The notes under the pieces are model-generated. The model worked only from the letters and a program-made list of their open reading frames with translations. It was not told the DNA's origin and did no database searches. Both the position numbers and the translations under genes were made by a program. A stretch of DNA of 64,000 nucleotides from an uncultured Methanosarcinales archaeon (GTDB lineage Archaea > Nanobdellota > Nanobdellia > Woesearchaeales > SKGA01), in NCBI GenBank assembly GCA_964428395.1, contig CAYRYB010000006.1, positions 8,453-72,452 on the forward strand. The letters run 5' to 3'. This document shows, in pieces, positions 19,601 to 30,103 of the stretch (its first letter is position 1; every line of letters starts with the position of its first letter).

Positions 19601-20637
19601 ATAAAAAACGCAAACAAGAAGTTCTCGTGTCTATTATTGTTGCTGTTCGCAACGAAGAAGAACACATAGAAGAATGCATACAATCACTTCTAAAGCAAAC
19701 CTTTACCGATTTTGAGATACTTCTTATTGATGGAGAAAGCAATGATAAAACGCTTCAAATACTACAACAATACGCTAAAAAATATCCTCTCAAAATTCGC
19801 TCGTTTAGCAATAGAGAACAAAAAGTTGCGCAAGGAAGAAACATTGGCTTTGCCCATGCAAAAGGAGTATACATTGGATTTCTTGACGGCCATAGCTATG
19901 CCAATAAAAATTGGCTTAAAACACTTATAGATGCCTTAGAATCCTCTAATGAAACTGTTGGTGGAATTGGCAGTGTTCATTATAATGCCGATAAAAAACT
20001 TTTCACCATAGCAACAACACTTGTTATGAGTAGCATACTTGGCGGAGGAGGAACAAGCTATAAACCAGGAAAGAAACTAAGAGAAGTGCCAACAGCTTAT
20101 GCCTGTTTGTATAAAAAAGAAGCACTCTTAGCAATAAAAAAAGGAGAAGAATATTATAATCCTTATTTTATTAAAGGGCAAGATGCGGAAATGAACATTC
20201 GCCTTAAGAAAGCAGGCTATAAAATCCTTCGGCATCCAAAAGCCAAAACATATTACTACAAACGACCAAATCTTAAAGCATTCTGGCGACAAATGGTCAA
20301 TGCAGGATTCTGGCGAGTAAAAATCATAAAGCATCATCCTGATACTATAAGAAAAACATGGACTGTGTTTGCACCAGCAATATTCTTTACAATTAGCGTT
20401 CTATTACTCTTGTTTGGATTTATTCATCCTCTTTTTGCAATAGGTGGAATTGGATTATTAGGAACATATATTGGAATTAGTATTTTATTTGGTTTAAGTC
20501 AAATAATTAAAAAAAGAAAAGTATATTATGGTATAACAACAATATTACTTTTAGCTTTACATGTAAGCTATACTATAGGACTCATCAAAGGAATTTTTAA
20601 ACGAAATATAAACATAATTGACCGGGTGAAACAATGA
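19597..20637 (+). CDS. GT2 glycosyltransferase with a C-terminal membrane anchor
   Basis: VSIIVAVRNEEEHIEECIQSLLKQTF...ILLIDGESND. GT2. The C-terminal ~90 aa are hydrophobic. Confidence 0.65.
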   Translation: MNKKRKQEVLVSIIVAVRNEEEHIEECIQSLLKQTFTDFEILLIDGESNDKTLQILQQYAKKYPLKIRSFSNREQKVAQGRNIGFAHAKGVYIGFLDGHSYANKNWLKTLIDALESSNETVGGIGSVHYNADKKLFTIATTLVMSSILGGGGTSYKPGKKLREVPTAYACLYKKEALLAIKKGEEYYNPYFIKGQDAEMNIRLKKAGYKILRHPKAKTYYYKRPNLKAFWRQMVNAGFWRVKIIKHHPDTIRKTWTVFAPAIFFTISVLLLLFGFIHPLFAIGGIGLLGTYIGISILFGLSQIIKKRKVYYGITTILLLALHVSYTIGLIKGIFKRNINIIDRVKQ

Positions 20638-21674
20638 ATATCTACAATTTCTTAGGATTTTTTCTTAGACAAAAAAAAACAAAGCATCAAAAGATTACCC
20701 ACTTAAAAAAGATCTTAGTTATTAATCTGCAAGGTATGGGCGATGTATTAATGACCACGCCAATCATTCATTCTCTAGCAAAACACGCAACAATAGATGT
20801 TTTGGTTTTTGGGAAGCTAAAATCAATCATACTTAAAGAAAATAAGGATGTTAACAAAACTATTTTGTTTCAAGGTCTAAAAACCATCAAAACAATTAAC
20901 AAGAAAAGCTACGATCTTATATTTTTAGCCCATGGAGCAGGACTTAAATCAGGAATTTTTTTCAAATTTCTTAAAGCTAAACATAAAGCAAGTCATCATT
21001 ATACCTTAGGTGGATGGAAAACAGCTTTTGGTGCAGATATTGTGCTACCATTAAGTCCAAAAATGCATCGAATAGATGAAAATAAAAAATTATTACAAGA
21101 ATTAAACTTTCCTTTAGAAAAACAAAAATATCAATATACTATTCCAACAAAAAGTAAGCAACAAATTGAAGAATTTATACAAAAAAATAACTTAACACAT
21201 AAAAAAATAATCTGTATTCATCCTGGAGGAGACAAAAACAATCCTCAAAAAAGATTTTCACTCAAAGAATACGTACGACTTTCTAATTCACTTCCAGAAA
21301 TATATGAAATAATTTTCTTATTGGGGCCTGATGAAATTGAATTACAAGAAAAACTTAAAAAACTCATTAGCAAAAATAATCAACAAATTTTTACTGATAA
21401 CATCCAAAATACTGCTGCATTAATTGCCCGTAGCGAGCTTCTCATTCATTCAGATTCAGGCTTAGGTCATCTCGCGGCAGCTGTTGGAACACCAACAAGA
21501 ACAATAGTTGGACCAACTAATTGGTATAGAACAAGACCATATGGACCAAAAGATGTGCTAATTAAAAGTAAATATTGTCCAGAGCCAAAAGAAGAATATA
21601 TGGAAAAAGGATTTATTAGAAAGAAAAATTACTTTCCAAAAAAAATCAATAGTGAAGACATTCTCCTTAATTAA
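20634..21674 (+). CDS. GT9 family glycosyltransferase (heptosyltransferase-like)
   Basis: LVINLQGMGDVLMTTPIIHSL and HSDSGLGHLAAAVGTPTRTIVGPT match the conserved GT9 motifs. Confidence 0.6.
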   Translation: MNIYNFLGFFLRQKKTKHQKITHLKKILVINLQGMGDVLMTTPIIHSLAKHATIDVLVFGKLKSIILKENKDVNKTILFQGLKTIKTINKKSYDLIFLAHGAGLKSGIFFKFLKAKHKASHHYTLGGWKTAFGADIVLPLSPKMHRIDENKKLLQELNFPLEKQKYQYTIPTKSKQQIEEFIQKNNLTHKKIICIHPGGDKNNPQKRFSLKEYVRLSNSLPEIYEIIFLLGPDEIELQEKLKKLISKNNQQIFTDNIQNTAALIARSELLIHSDSGLGHLAAAVGTPTRTIVGPTNWYRTRPYGPKDVLIKSKYCPEPKEEYMEKGFIRKKNYFPKKINSEDILLN

Positions 21675-22819
21675 AAGAAATCAGTTGGTTTCTTTTTTTG
21701 TAAAACTTTAGGGGTGAAAGGCTCAAGTGTTTGAAATTGACGCGGATCAAGACCTATTTTTGTTCGCTCAAATTGTTTAAATTTTTTAAATTTAGGATTT
21801 CTTCTAATAGCCAAGAGTAATGCAACATTAAAATACCAATCAGAATGAATATATAATTTATTTCTAAAACCCTTTTTGATTAACCAAACACCATATTCTA
21901 AAGCACTGTTAAGAATTGACTCATCTAAAGAAGAATATTGATGAATAACTTCTAAATATAACCAATTGCAAAAATGATAATGCGGTCCAGGTTGATGTAG
22001 CGCTCGTTTTAGAAATCCTCTTTTTGTTAGAAATGAAGCTTGTTTAGCCATTTTTCTAAATGAGAAAAAAGCCATCGGCGTCGGTAAACATCCTAATAAG
22101 CGAGGACGGCCAATTAGGTATCTATCAAAACAAAAATAGTTGTTCTTGTCCTTTTTTTCAAAAAGATAGTTTAAGTACGCAACGCCTTTTTTAGCTCCTT
22201 CTGCATACTTATTTATTTTTGTATATTGACTAACAAGAAAAAGAGCCACAATTGTTGATGCATGTGTATTTAATACGAACTCATTTTTTCCTGAATTTAG
22301 TTCCAAAGTATCATGAGGAAACCAAAATAATGTTTCTCCTCTGATTTTTTCTTCAAAACGAGATGCTAAAAGAAAATCAGCAGCCTTTTTTGCTGCTGTA
22401 AGAAATTTTTGCTCCTTGAATAAATTGTAGGCGTTAATGAGAGTAAAAATTGCGGCATCGTGAAGCGCGAATTGATCTTCATTATTGTGCTCATTATGAT
22501 TATATTTTCCGTTTTTCTCAAGAGAATTCACGCAAAATAAAGCCGCTCGGTATGCAAGTTCTTTTGCCTGTTCATTTTTCTTGTTTTTGAGATATTCTAC
22601 TTGTGCAATATTGAATATGCTTTCTGCTAAATTATGATTAGCAACAGCCCGATACGGCTTTCTAAAGAAGAATTTATGAAAAATATGAAGCAGAGGATTG
22701 TTAATTATAGATTTCACATAATCAGGAGGCATACGAACAAAGCCTTTATCGTCAAAATACCGCTCAAGCTCATCAAGAGAAGAAATCTTTTTGTAGGAAT
22801 GAAGAAAATAAGAGTTCAT
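21671..22819 (-). CDS. Hypothetical protein (382 aa) in the glycan locus
   Basis: Long ORF convergent with the GT9 gene. No motif recognised. Confidence 0.35.
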   Translation of the reverse strand: MNSYFLHSYKKISSLDELERYFDDKGFVRMPPDYVKSIINNPLLHIFHKFFFRKPYRAVANHNLAESIFNIAQVEYLKNKKNEQAKELAYRAALFCVNSLEKNGKYNHNEHNNEDQFALHDAAIFTLINAYNLFKEQKFLTAAKKAADFLLASRFEEKIRGETLFWFPHDTLELNSGKNEFVLNTHASTIVALFLVSQYTKINKYAEGAKKGVAYLNYLFEKKDKNNYFCFDRYLIGRPRLLGCLPTPMAFFSFRKMAKQASFLTKRGFLKRALHQPGPHYHFCNWLYLEVIHQYSSLDESILNSALEYGVWLIKKGFRNKLYIHSDWYFNVALLLAIRRNPKFKKFKQFERTKIGLDPRQFQTLEPFTPKVLQKKKPTDFF

Positions 22820-22872
22820 AACAGGAAGAAAAATTCAGCAAGTTTATAAATATTAAGGAAAGCAGAAAAGAC

Positions 22873-23628
22873 ATGACCCGTACTCTTGGTAGAGTCCGAC
22901 TTGCTTATCAATGGATTCCAAAAAATACAAACAAACTCTTGGATGCAGGATGTGCCAGCGGAGAAGGAACTAATCTATTTTCACAAAAAGCAAAAGACAC
23001 TGTTGGCATTGACATTAGTGAAAAGCTTCTTAACGTTGCAAAGGAAAACTACCCTTCTATAACATTTAAGAAACGATTAATTGAGAAAACTGACTTCACA
23101 AAAGATACTTTTGATGTAATTATACTTAATGATATATTAGAACACACCCAAAATGAAATAGATACCTTAAATGAAATGTTCAGAATTTTAAAACCGAATG
23201 GAACAATAATAATTACCACACCCCATAAAGGATTATTTTCTTTTTTAGATGTTGATAATTATACATACTATGCAAAAAAGTTTTTCCCAAGGGTCTATGA
23301 AAAAATATTTAAAATAAGAACAGGGAAGAAGCCAGAACAACGGACTGGATACACGAATAAGCATCATCATTATTCAAAAAAAAATTTTATAAAGTTCCTT
23401 AACGATTCTTCATTTAAAAAAAGTTATCAAATTGAAAAAGTGTTTAGATCTGGTTTTTTAATAGGGCCTCTTGTTAACAATATTAACTTTATATTAGAAG
23501 TTTTTATTGGCAGAAAAATAGCGAGAAAAACAACTAACATATTAAATATTTTCAAGAATCTGGAATATCAAATTCCTTTTTGGATATTATCATATAATAT
23601 TGCAATAAAAATTAAGAAGACAAAATGA
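22873..23628 (+). CDS. Class I SAM-dependent methyltransferase
   Basis: LLDAGCASGEGT (motif I) and DVIILNDILEHT...LKPNGTIIITTP (motifs II/III). Confidence 0.6.
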   Translation: MTRTLGRVRLAYQWIPKNTNKLLDAGCASGEGTNLFSQKAKDTVGIDISEKLLNVAKENYPSITFKKRLIEKTDFTKDTFDVIILNDILEHTQNEIDTLNEMFRILKPNGTIIITTPHKGLFSFLDVDNYTYYAKKFFPRVYEKIFKIRTGKKPEQRTGYTNKHHHYSKKNFIKFLNDSSFKKSYQIEKVFRSGFLIGPLVNNINFILEVFIGRKIARKTTNILNIFKNLEYQIPFWILSYNIAIKIKKTK

Positions 23629-24506
23629 AAGAAAAACTTGTTTCCATTGTCATCCCTTCTTGGGATGGTTCTCGAGGAGGGAAAACACAAAAGCTCCTTA
23701 AACAACTAAAAGAACAAAGTTACAAGAAAAAGGAAGTTATCGTAGTAAAACACGTCAAACCTGTTGGAAAAGCAAGAAATATTGGAACAAAAAAAGCAAA
23801 AGGAGATATCATTATCTATATGGATGATGATATTGAATTTGGACATAAAGATGTCCTAAAGAATCTTGTTGAGGGAATCAATAAAGATAAAAAAAGAGGT
23901 ATCGTTGGTTGTTCTTACATTCCTCCAAAAAATGCTAACGCTTTCCAAAAAAAAATTGCAAAGCAATCACGTATGAGCGTTTCTATTAAAAAAAAAGATG
24001 AAGAAACTGATGAAGTCTGCTCTATGTGTTTTGCAATGAGAAAGGAAGTAATTAAACAAATTGGGTTTTGGAACGAAAAAATAACTTCAGCCACAGATAC
24101 AGAACTTCGATTTCTTGTAAAAAAGTTTGGATATAAAACAATTATTCCTGCAAACACATGGATATATCATCCTCCGCCAGAAAACTTAAAAGCCTATTTA
24201 AGAAAAGCATACTGGTACGGTTTAGGATCTGTGCAAGTTGTTAGAACAAATCGTGTTGAGATTCCTAGTCTTGGCTTTCTAAAGGATAGAGTAATTTTAT
24301 TTTACATTTTCTTTCGATTCATAACGATTCCATTAGAACTTTTTTTCCCAAGAGCAAGAAAAATCGCAGAAAAGAAAAGAATCACATTTAAAGATTTTTT
24401 CAGGTTTGATTTTCTACTTGCATTAAGTCAATATTACAGTCTTTTTGGAGTAGTTGAAGGATTTTTGAAAAAAAATAACAAAAAAACGTTCAGAAGAATC
24501 GTATAA
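23625..24506 (+). CDS. GT2 glycosyltransferase
   Basis: VSIVIPSWDG...IYMDDDIEF. GT-A fold with the DXD motif. Confidence 0.6.
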   Translation: MKEKLVSIVIPSWDGSRGGKTQKLLKQLKEQSYKKKEVIVVKHVKPVGKARNIGTKKAKGDIIIYMDDDIEFGHKDVLKNLVEGINKDKKRGIVGCSYIPPKNANAFQKKIAKQSRMSVSIKKKDEETDEVCSMCFAMRKEVIKQIGFWNEKITSATDTELRFLVKKFGYKTIIPANTWIYHPPPENLKAYLRKAYWYGLGSVQVVRTNRVEIPSLGFLKDRVILFYIFFRFITIPLELFFPRARKIAEKKRITFKDFFRFDFLLALSQYYSLFGVVEGFLKKNNKKTFRRIV

Positions 24507-24527
24507 AAAAAAATATGAGCATCAATC

Positions 24528-25301
24528 ATGACAGCCCAGTTTAAACATCTACTAATCACTCGATTTAACCTCTTATTTGATGACCCCTTATTTCAAAAAA
24601 CAAAAAAAGAAAGAGAAAAATGGTTAGTAAATAGAATAGCAAAATTTAGACCTTGCTATGAAAGTGTCAAGAATCAAAATAACAAAAACTTTGAATGGTT
24701 GCTTTACTTAGATGACAGTACACCTGTAACAATAAGAAACATTTTAAAAGAAATGTTAAAAACTCATAAAAACTTTAGAACAATTTATATAAACAAGAAA
24801 GGTGCAAAAAAAAATAGTTTTTTTTGCTACGATTTTAATAGGGACTTTATACAAAGAATCGGGAAATTACCACCTTTCTTAATAACAACAAGATTGGACT
24901 CAGACGATGTTGTTTTTCCAGATTTCATCGATAGAATACAAAAAGAGTTTAAACAACAAGACAACGTCGCGATAAACCTTTCTAGAGGAATTATCTATAA
25001 TATTAAAAAGAACAAAAAAAGACAAATCATCGAGCTGAGCAACCCATTTATTAGTTTCATTGAAGAAACAAATAAAAACATCAAAACAGTTTATCATTGG
25101 CAGCACCCAGACGTTAGATTTAAAGTTCCAACAAAACAAATAATATATAAACCCCACTGGATTCAAATTGTTCATGGAGGAAATGTTGGAAATCATATAA
25201 AAAAAATACACAAATACATGCATTTTTTCCTTAACATCATAACAAGTAAAAATACAAAAAAAACAGTAAAAACAATACTAAATAAAGATAATAAAAAATG
25301 A
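24528..25301 (+). CDS. Hypothetical protein, possible DXD-motif glycosyltransferase
   Basis: ITTRLDSDDVVFPDF resembles a sugar-transferase DXD motif. Otherwise unassigned. Confidence 0.3.
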   Translation: MTAQFKHLLITRFNLLFDDPLFQKTKKEREKWLVNRIAKFRPCYESVKNQNNKNFEWLLYLDDSTPVTIRNILKEMLKTHKNFRTIYINKKGAKKNSFFCYDFNRDFIQRIGKLPPFLITTRLDSDDVVFPDFIDRIQKEFKQQDNVAINLSRGIIYNIKKNKKRQIIELSNPFISFIEETNKNIKTVYHWQHPDVRFKVPTKQIIYKPHWIQIVHGGNVGNHIKKIHKYMHFFLNIITSKNTKKTVKTILNKDNKK

Positions 25302-25960
25302 GAAAAAAGAAATCAGAAATAAAAGACCTGAATAAACAATCTTCTAAAAAAATATATTATGAAGATTATGATGGGTTACTTAGATTTATATCATACTTTT
25401 ATCAAATAGATTTAGTAAAAAAAATAAAACCAAAAAAAGTTCTAGAAATTGGCGTTGGAAATAAAACAACTAGCAATTATTTAAAACAAAGAGGTATAAA
25501 CATTACAACATGTGATTTTGATGAAAAATTGAAACCCGATTTTGTCGCAGATATTAGAAATCTTCCTTTTAAAAATAATTCTTATGATTTAGTTATGGCC
25601 TGCGAAATTATTGAACATATACCTTGGAAAGATATTCCTAAAGCATTAAGTGAACTTCAAAGAGTTTCTAAAAAAAATGTTTTGATTTCAATTCCCTATT
25701 CTTCAGCAGGATTTGAACTCATTCTTCGTGTTCCTAGAACACACAAAATAACAAAAAAAGGATTTTTTAGCTTCTTTTTTAGAATTCCGTACTTTTTTAT
25801 GAAAATGAGATTTGATGGATATCATTATTGGGAAATGGGACGTAAAAACTATTCAATAAAAAAAATCAGGAGAACCTTCAGAAAATATTTTAAAATAATT
25901 AAAGAAGTAAGGCCTGCGCTAGATCATTATCATCATTTTTTTGTTCTTAAAAAAAAGTGA
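25298..25960 (+). CDS. Class I SAM-dependent methyltransferase
   Basis: VLEIGVGNKTT (motif I) and YDLVMACEIIEHIPWKD (motif II). Confidence 0.55.
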   Translation: MRKKKSEIKDLNKQSSKKIYYEDYDGLLRFISYFYQIDLVKKIKPKKVLEIGVGNKTTSNYLKQRGINITTCDFDEKLKPDFVADIRNLPFKNNSYDLVMACEIIEHIPWKDIPKALSELQRVSKKNVLISIPYSSAGFELILRVPRTHKITKKGFFSFFFRIPYFFMKMRFDGYHYWEMGRKNYSIKKIRRTFRKYFKIIKEVRPALDHYHHFFVLKKK

Positions 25961-26207
25961 ATAATGGTTCAAGATTTTCTTTTTAAAATTCGGTTAAACA
26001 AATCGTTTATTTCTGAAAAGTCAAACAAACCAAGTAAAAAAGAAACGCCTAAATAAATTAAAAAAGATATCGCTAAAATAACAAAAATCTTTGGAAAGAG
26101 AGATAAATCAATAACTTTCCGTAGTAAAAAAATAAGTCCTTCAAAAGCGTTAAACTCCAAAAAAGAAGATATATTTAAATAACTTAATTAATTTCAAAAA
26201 AACAAGC

Positions 26208-26687
26208 ATGAAAAAATTGAATTTGGGAGCTCAATCAGGTTTGCAAAACAAAGGTTGGGATACTATTGATTTTTTTAAATCATACAATCCTACCATACTA
26301 CACAACTTAGAAAAAATTCCATATCCTATAAAAGATAAAACGTATGATTTAATAACGGGCTTTGATGTCTTAGAACACTTGAACAATCCGATAGACGTTC
26401 TAAAAGAATTACATAGAATAACAAAGCAAGAAGGAAAAATACATTTAAAAGTTCCCTTTTGGAACCACGCTTTTGCACACGGCAATTGCCAACACGTGAC
26501 TTATTTTGGATACGGTTGGTTCGAGCACTTTGTAAAAACATACAATATATATGAAATAAAAAAGATAAAATATGTTCCTTTCAGTATCTTTTCTTGGTTG
26601 TTGCCACACCCAAGAATTAGGAAATACGCATCATACTTTTTTGGAAGCATAATACGAGAAATAGATGTTATTCTTGTCAAAAAATAA
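26208..26687 (+). CDS. Methyltransferase-domain protein (Methyltransf_11-like)
   Basis: YDLITGFDVLEHLNNPIDVLKELHRITKQEGKIHLKVP is a class I MTase motif II / post-II region. The N-terminus LNLGAQSG stands in place of the glycine-rich motif I. Confidence 0.45.
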   Translation: MKKLNLGAQSGLQNKGWDTIDFFKSYNPTILHNLEKIPYPIKDKTYDLITGFDVLEHLNNPIDVLKELHRITKQEGKIHLKVPFWNHAFAHGNCQHVTYFGYGWFEHFVKTYNIYEIKKIKYVPFSIFSWLLPHPRIRKYASYFFGSIIREIDVILVKK

Positions 26688-26717
26688 CAAAAAGAAGAGT
26701 TTATAAAGTAAATTCTT

Positions 26718-27349
26718 TTGCTAAAAGAAAAAAGAGAAAAAATGTTTAAGAAAAAAATAAGTTATACTACAAAACCATACACTTACAAAGGATTTCACAA
26801 CATCGTCAGCAACGATGTCAATAAACATATAAACTTAAAGACAATATACCTTTCATTAAAGCAGATCTCAACAAAGACTTTTCTAAAAAATTTAAAGATA
26901 CATACGATGTTGTAGTAGCATTAGAACTCATAGAACATTTATATTCCCCATTTCATTTTCTTGTGGAAATAAGAAAACTTGTAAAACCAAAAGGTATCGT
27001 AATAGTTTCTACGCCGAATTTGCAAAGTTATCAATCTAGAATTACTTATGCATTATTTGGATTCCCAAACACCTTCAATGAAGAAATAAAAAAATACGGT
27101 CATGTTAGTCCTATTTTTAAAAATACATTTAGATTTATATCTAAAGAAACGAAGTTTAGTATAGTAAAAAGAGAAGGTGTCGGAACATACATACAATTCT
27201 TTTGGTGGCGTCCTTTTCATATTATGGTTCCTTATTTTCTCATTCGCATGCTCTTTTCCATTCTTTTATTTTCAACAAGAGTATTTAATAGAAAGTTGTT
27301 AAAAGGTTTTAGCGCCGTTTATGTTCTTAAAAAGAAAATAAATAAATGA
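26718..27349 (+). pseudogene. Methyltransferase-domain gene split across two frames (frameshift near 26825-26915), a paralogue of 26208-26687
   Basis: Frame A (26718-26915) encodes MFKKK...NDVNKHINLKTIYL. Frame B (from about 26825) encodes ...KADLNKDFSKKFKDTYDVVVALELIEHLYSPFHFLVEIRKLVKPKGIVIVSTPN... through to 27349 and has no ATG of its own. Together they align to the neighbouring MTase-like protein. Confidence 0.35.
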
Positions 27350-27368
27350 TAGTTCTATAAACAATTAT

Positions 27369-28859
27369 TTAGAAGTCAACAGACCTTCTAATAAATTCTT
27401 TTGCTTCTTTTAAATCAAAAAGACCTAAGAAATAACAAACAAGTAAATAGAAAGCATATGCCAAAATCAGAATAAATGTTACTTCAAAAAATAAAGGAAA
27501 GTGAAATACTTGTTTTAAGAAAAAAATTGTCAACAAGAAAAAAGTCCCTGCAAAAAAAGCTTTCAACCAAGAAAACCAAGGCAAGCGAACCTTAGTTAAA
27601 AAAGAAAGTTTTTTTGCAGAAAGAATCAAAAGAATAAAATAAGATATTGCTGTTGTTAGAGCTGCACCTACTAAGCCCCAAACAGGAATTAAAAAAACAT
27701 TTGCGATTGCATTAAAAGTTGCCGCTATAAGAAAAATCTTCATGATGAAACGAGGATGACCGAGCGCAATAAGAATATTATTTATGATGTGTGCAATAAT
27801 AAAAAAGAGAATACCAATTAGTAGTATCCTAAAAGGAACAACGCCTGAAACATATTTTCTGCCAAAAGTTAGAACCAAGAACTGATTTGCAAAAGCAAAA
27901 AACGTAAGCATCAAAGGGAGTGTCAAGACAAGAATATATTTGTAAATCAACTGAATTCCTTTTTTTATCTCGAAGAGTTTTTTTTCTGCATGCAACTCTG
28001 AGAACAAAGGAAAAAGAATTGTTGATACGCTTGACCCAAGAATAAGAAATATCATTGCTGTTGGGAGCACTACATTGTAAATTCCAACGGCCGTTAGACC
28101 CATAAAAAAAGTTATGAGTAAAACATCAAGTTGATTTATTACCATGTTTCCAAATCCCCCAAACATAATGGGCGCTCCAAAGGAAACAAGTTTTTTTAGA
28201 GTAAACCAAACTTTGTTTGTTCTATACTTAAAAATAAACCAAAATTTTCTAGAAAAAAATACCATCACAAAAAAGGATAAAAGAGAACCAAAACCAAAGC
28301 CCCAAACAGGAGCAAGAATTCCTGCATGAAGATGAAAAAATAGCAACGTAAATACTAAAACACCAGAAACTCTTATTGGCTCTGCCCAAGAATATGCTTT
28401 TTCTTTTTGAAAACCCCTTAATAAGAGCAATGGAATAGCTCCCAACATGTGCACTACAAAATAGAAAAGGAAAGAAACAATCACTTTTTTAGCCAAAATA
28501 CTTGAAAAGTAATGCACCGAAAGAAATTGAGCGCTAAAAAACAATACTAACGAAAGAAAGGTGGTTGTAAATAAAAAGAATATAAATTGAGCAACAATAA
28601 TTGTTTTTACTTGATTATAATCTTTCTTGGTGACTGAAGCAACAACAAATCGAACAGAAGCTTCAGAAACTCCTAAAACTCGAAAAACATTAACAAAGAG
28701 AAGCAAAGAAAGCACTGCAAAAACAAGGCCATACTCAGCGACAGATAACTCTCTTGCAACATAAATTCTGAAAGCATAAGTGACTATACTTGCAATAAGA
28801 CCTGTCAAAAATATCAAAAATGATCCCCGTATTACTTTTCTGATATAATCAACCATCAC
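27369..28859 (-). CDS. Wzx-like oligosaccharide/polysaccharide flippase (MOP superfamily)
   Basis: 496 aa, with about 12-14 TM helices throughout. Lies within the glycosyltransferase locus. Confidence 0.55.
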   Translation of the reverse strand: MMVDYIRKVIRGSFLIFLTGLIASIVTYAFRIYVARELSVAEYGLVFAVLSLLLFVNVFRVLGVSEASVRFVVASVTKKDYNQVKTIIVAQFIFFLFTTTFLSLVLFFSAQFLSVHYFSSILAKKVIVSFLFYFVVHMLGAIPLLLLRGFQKEKAYSWAEPIRVSGVLVFTLLFFHLHAGILAPVWGFGFGSLLSFFVMVFFSRKFWFIFKYRTNKVWFTLKKLVSFGAPIMFGGFGNMVINQLDVLLITFFMGLTAVGIYNVVLPTAMIFLILGSSVSTILFPLFSELHAEKKLFEIKKGIQLIYKYILVLTLPLMLTFFAFANQFLVLTFGRKYVSGVVPFRILLIGILFFIIAHIINNILIALGHPRFIMKIFLIAATFNAIANVFLIPVWGLVGAALTTAISYFILLILSAKKLSFLTKVRLPWFSWLKAFFAGTFFLLTIFFLKQVFHFPLFFEVTFILILAYAFYLLVCYFLGLFDLKEAKEFIRRSVDF

Positions 28860-28969
28860 TTACTTTGTTAGTGTTGTTCTTTAAAAAGTTTCGCAAGGAT
28901 ACTATCAGAATTTTTTGAACAAACAAGAAATAAGGATAACAAAACTATCACAAAGAAGCATTCTTAAAG

Positions 28970-30034
28970 CTATCTAAGAAACATATAAATTTTTTTTACT
29001 AAAGTTTCCCAGCTATGATTCTTCAAAATTGTTCTTTTTGTCTCATCTTGATCTTTCTTTAACTTGGAAGGGTTATTTACGTAAGAAAGAATGGCTTTTT
29101 TCATAGTAGAAGGATCATCAACAGCACATAAACCCCCATGTTTTCCTTCTTGCGTTATTTCTCTTGCACCACCGACATTAGTACTTATAAGAACATTATG
29201 AAAGTACCCTGCCTCAGAGAAGACATTAGGAAATCCTTCTTCATTAGAATTGAAAAGGAAAATTTTGCTCTCTAGGAAAAGTTTGTACAGTTTTTCGCGA
29301 TTATAAATTTGTCCTGTAAACTTGACAAGCGAATCTACATTGTTTTCACGTATAATCTGTTCCACTTCAGATTGGATTTCTTTATAATTTCCTACGAACA
29401 GCATTTTCCAACCGCGCAAATCTGACTTTAATGCTATTAGAAGTTTTAGTAATTGCAAAGTTCTTTTTCTTGGCTGACTCAAATTAGAAACAGTTAGCAT
29501 TTGTTTTTTTTCATTCACAGAAGGAAGCTGCTTTTTTAGAGAAAAACCATTGGGAATATGAAGTATTCTATTCTTACAACACAAATTCTTAGACATAAAC
29601 GCAAATATTTCCTTATCTTCAAAACTTAGTAAGTCTATCAATCTTAATAAGAAATTTATTTTCATGAAATGCAAGTATTTTTTAAATTTCCTTTTCTTTT
29701 TTATTTTTTCTACCTGACAAAGGCCATAATCTGCTTTCACATAAATTTTCTTTTTATAAGGAAGCAAGCGCATCAGAAAAACATTAAAAAAAGTTTTTCT
29801 ATTTATATGAAAGAACATTATTCGCTCAGGTCTTGTTTTCCAAGCATAAAAAAAGAAATTTTTTACCGTTACAATCTTTATAGAATTTATTTTTAAGTCA
29901 GGAAAAGACGTATCTTTTGTTTTTGTTGCTATTTCGCATGTGTAAAATTTTTCTAAGAATGCAGGTATATAGCCAACATCTTTTGTAAGATGAATGTTTT
30001 TTAAGTCCCTAAAATATAAACAAAATCGTTTCAT
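28970..30034 (-). CDS. GT4 (GT-B fold) glycosyltransferase
   Basis: C-terminal EEGFPNVFSEAGYFHNVLISTNVGGAREI matches the GT4 E-x7-E sugar-nucleotide-binding motif. Confidence 0.6.
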   Translation of the reverse strand: MKRFCLYFRDLKNIHLTKDVGYIPAFLEKFYTCEIATKTKDTSFPDLKINSIKIVTVKNFFFYAWKTRPERIMFFHINRKTFFNVFLMRLLPYKKKIYVKADYGLCQVEKIKKKRKFKKYLHFMKINFLLRLIDLLSFEDKEIFAFMSKNLCCKNRILHIPNGFSLKKQLPSVNEKKQMLTVSNLSQPRKRTLQLLKLLIALKSDLRGWKMLFVGNYKEIQSEVEQIIRENNVDSLVKFTGQIYNREKLYKLFLESKIFLFNSNEEGFPNVFSEAGYFHNVLISTNVGGAREITQEGKHGGLCAVDDPSTMKKAILSYVNNPSKLKKDQDETKRTILKNHSWETLVKKIYMFLR

Positions 30035-30103
30035 AATTATCTACATAGTAAACAACTATGAGGATTTAAAAACATTTGTAAAAGAAAATAAAAAAGTAGA
30101 CCT

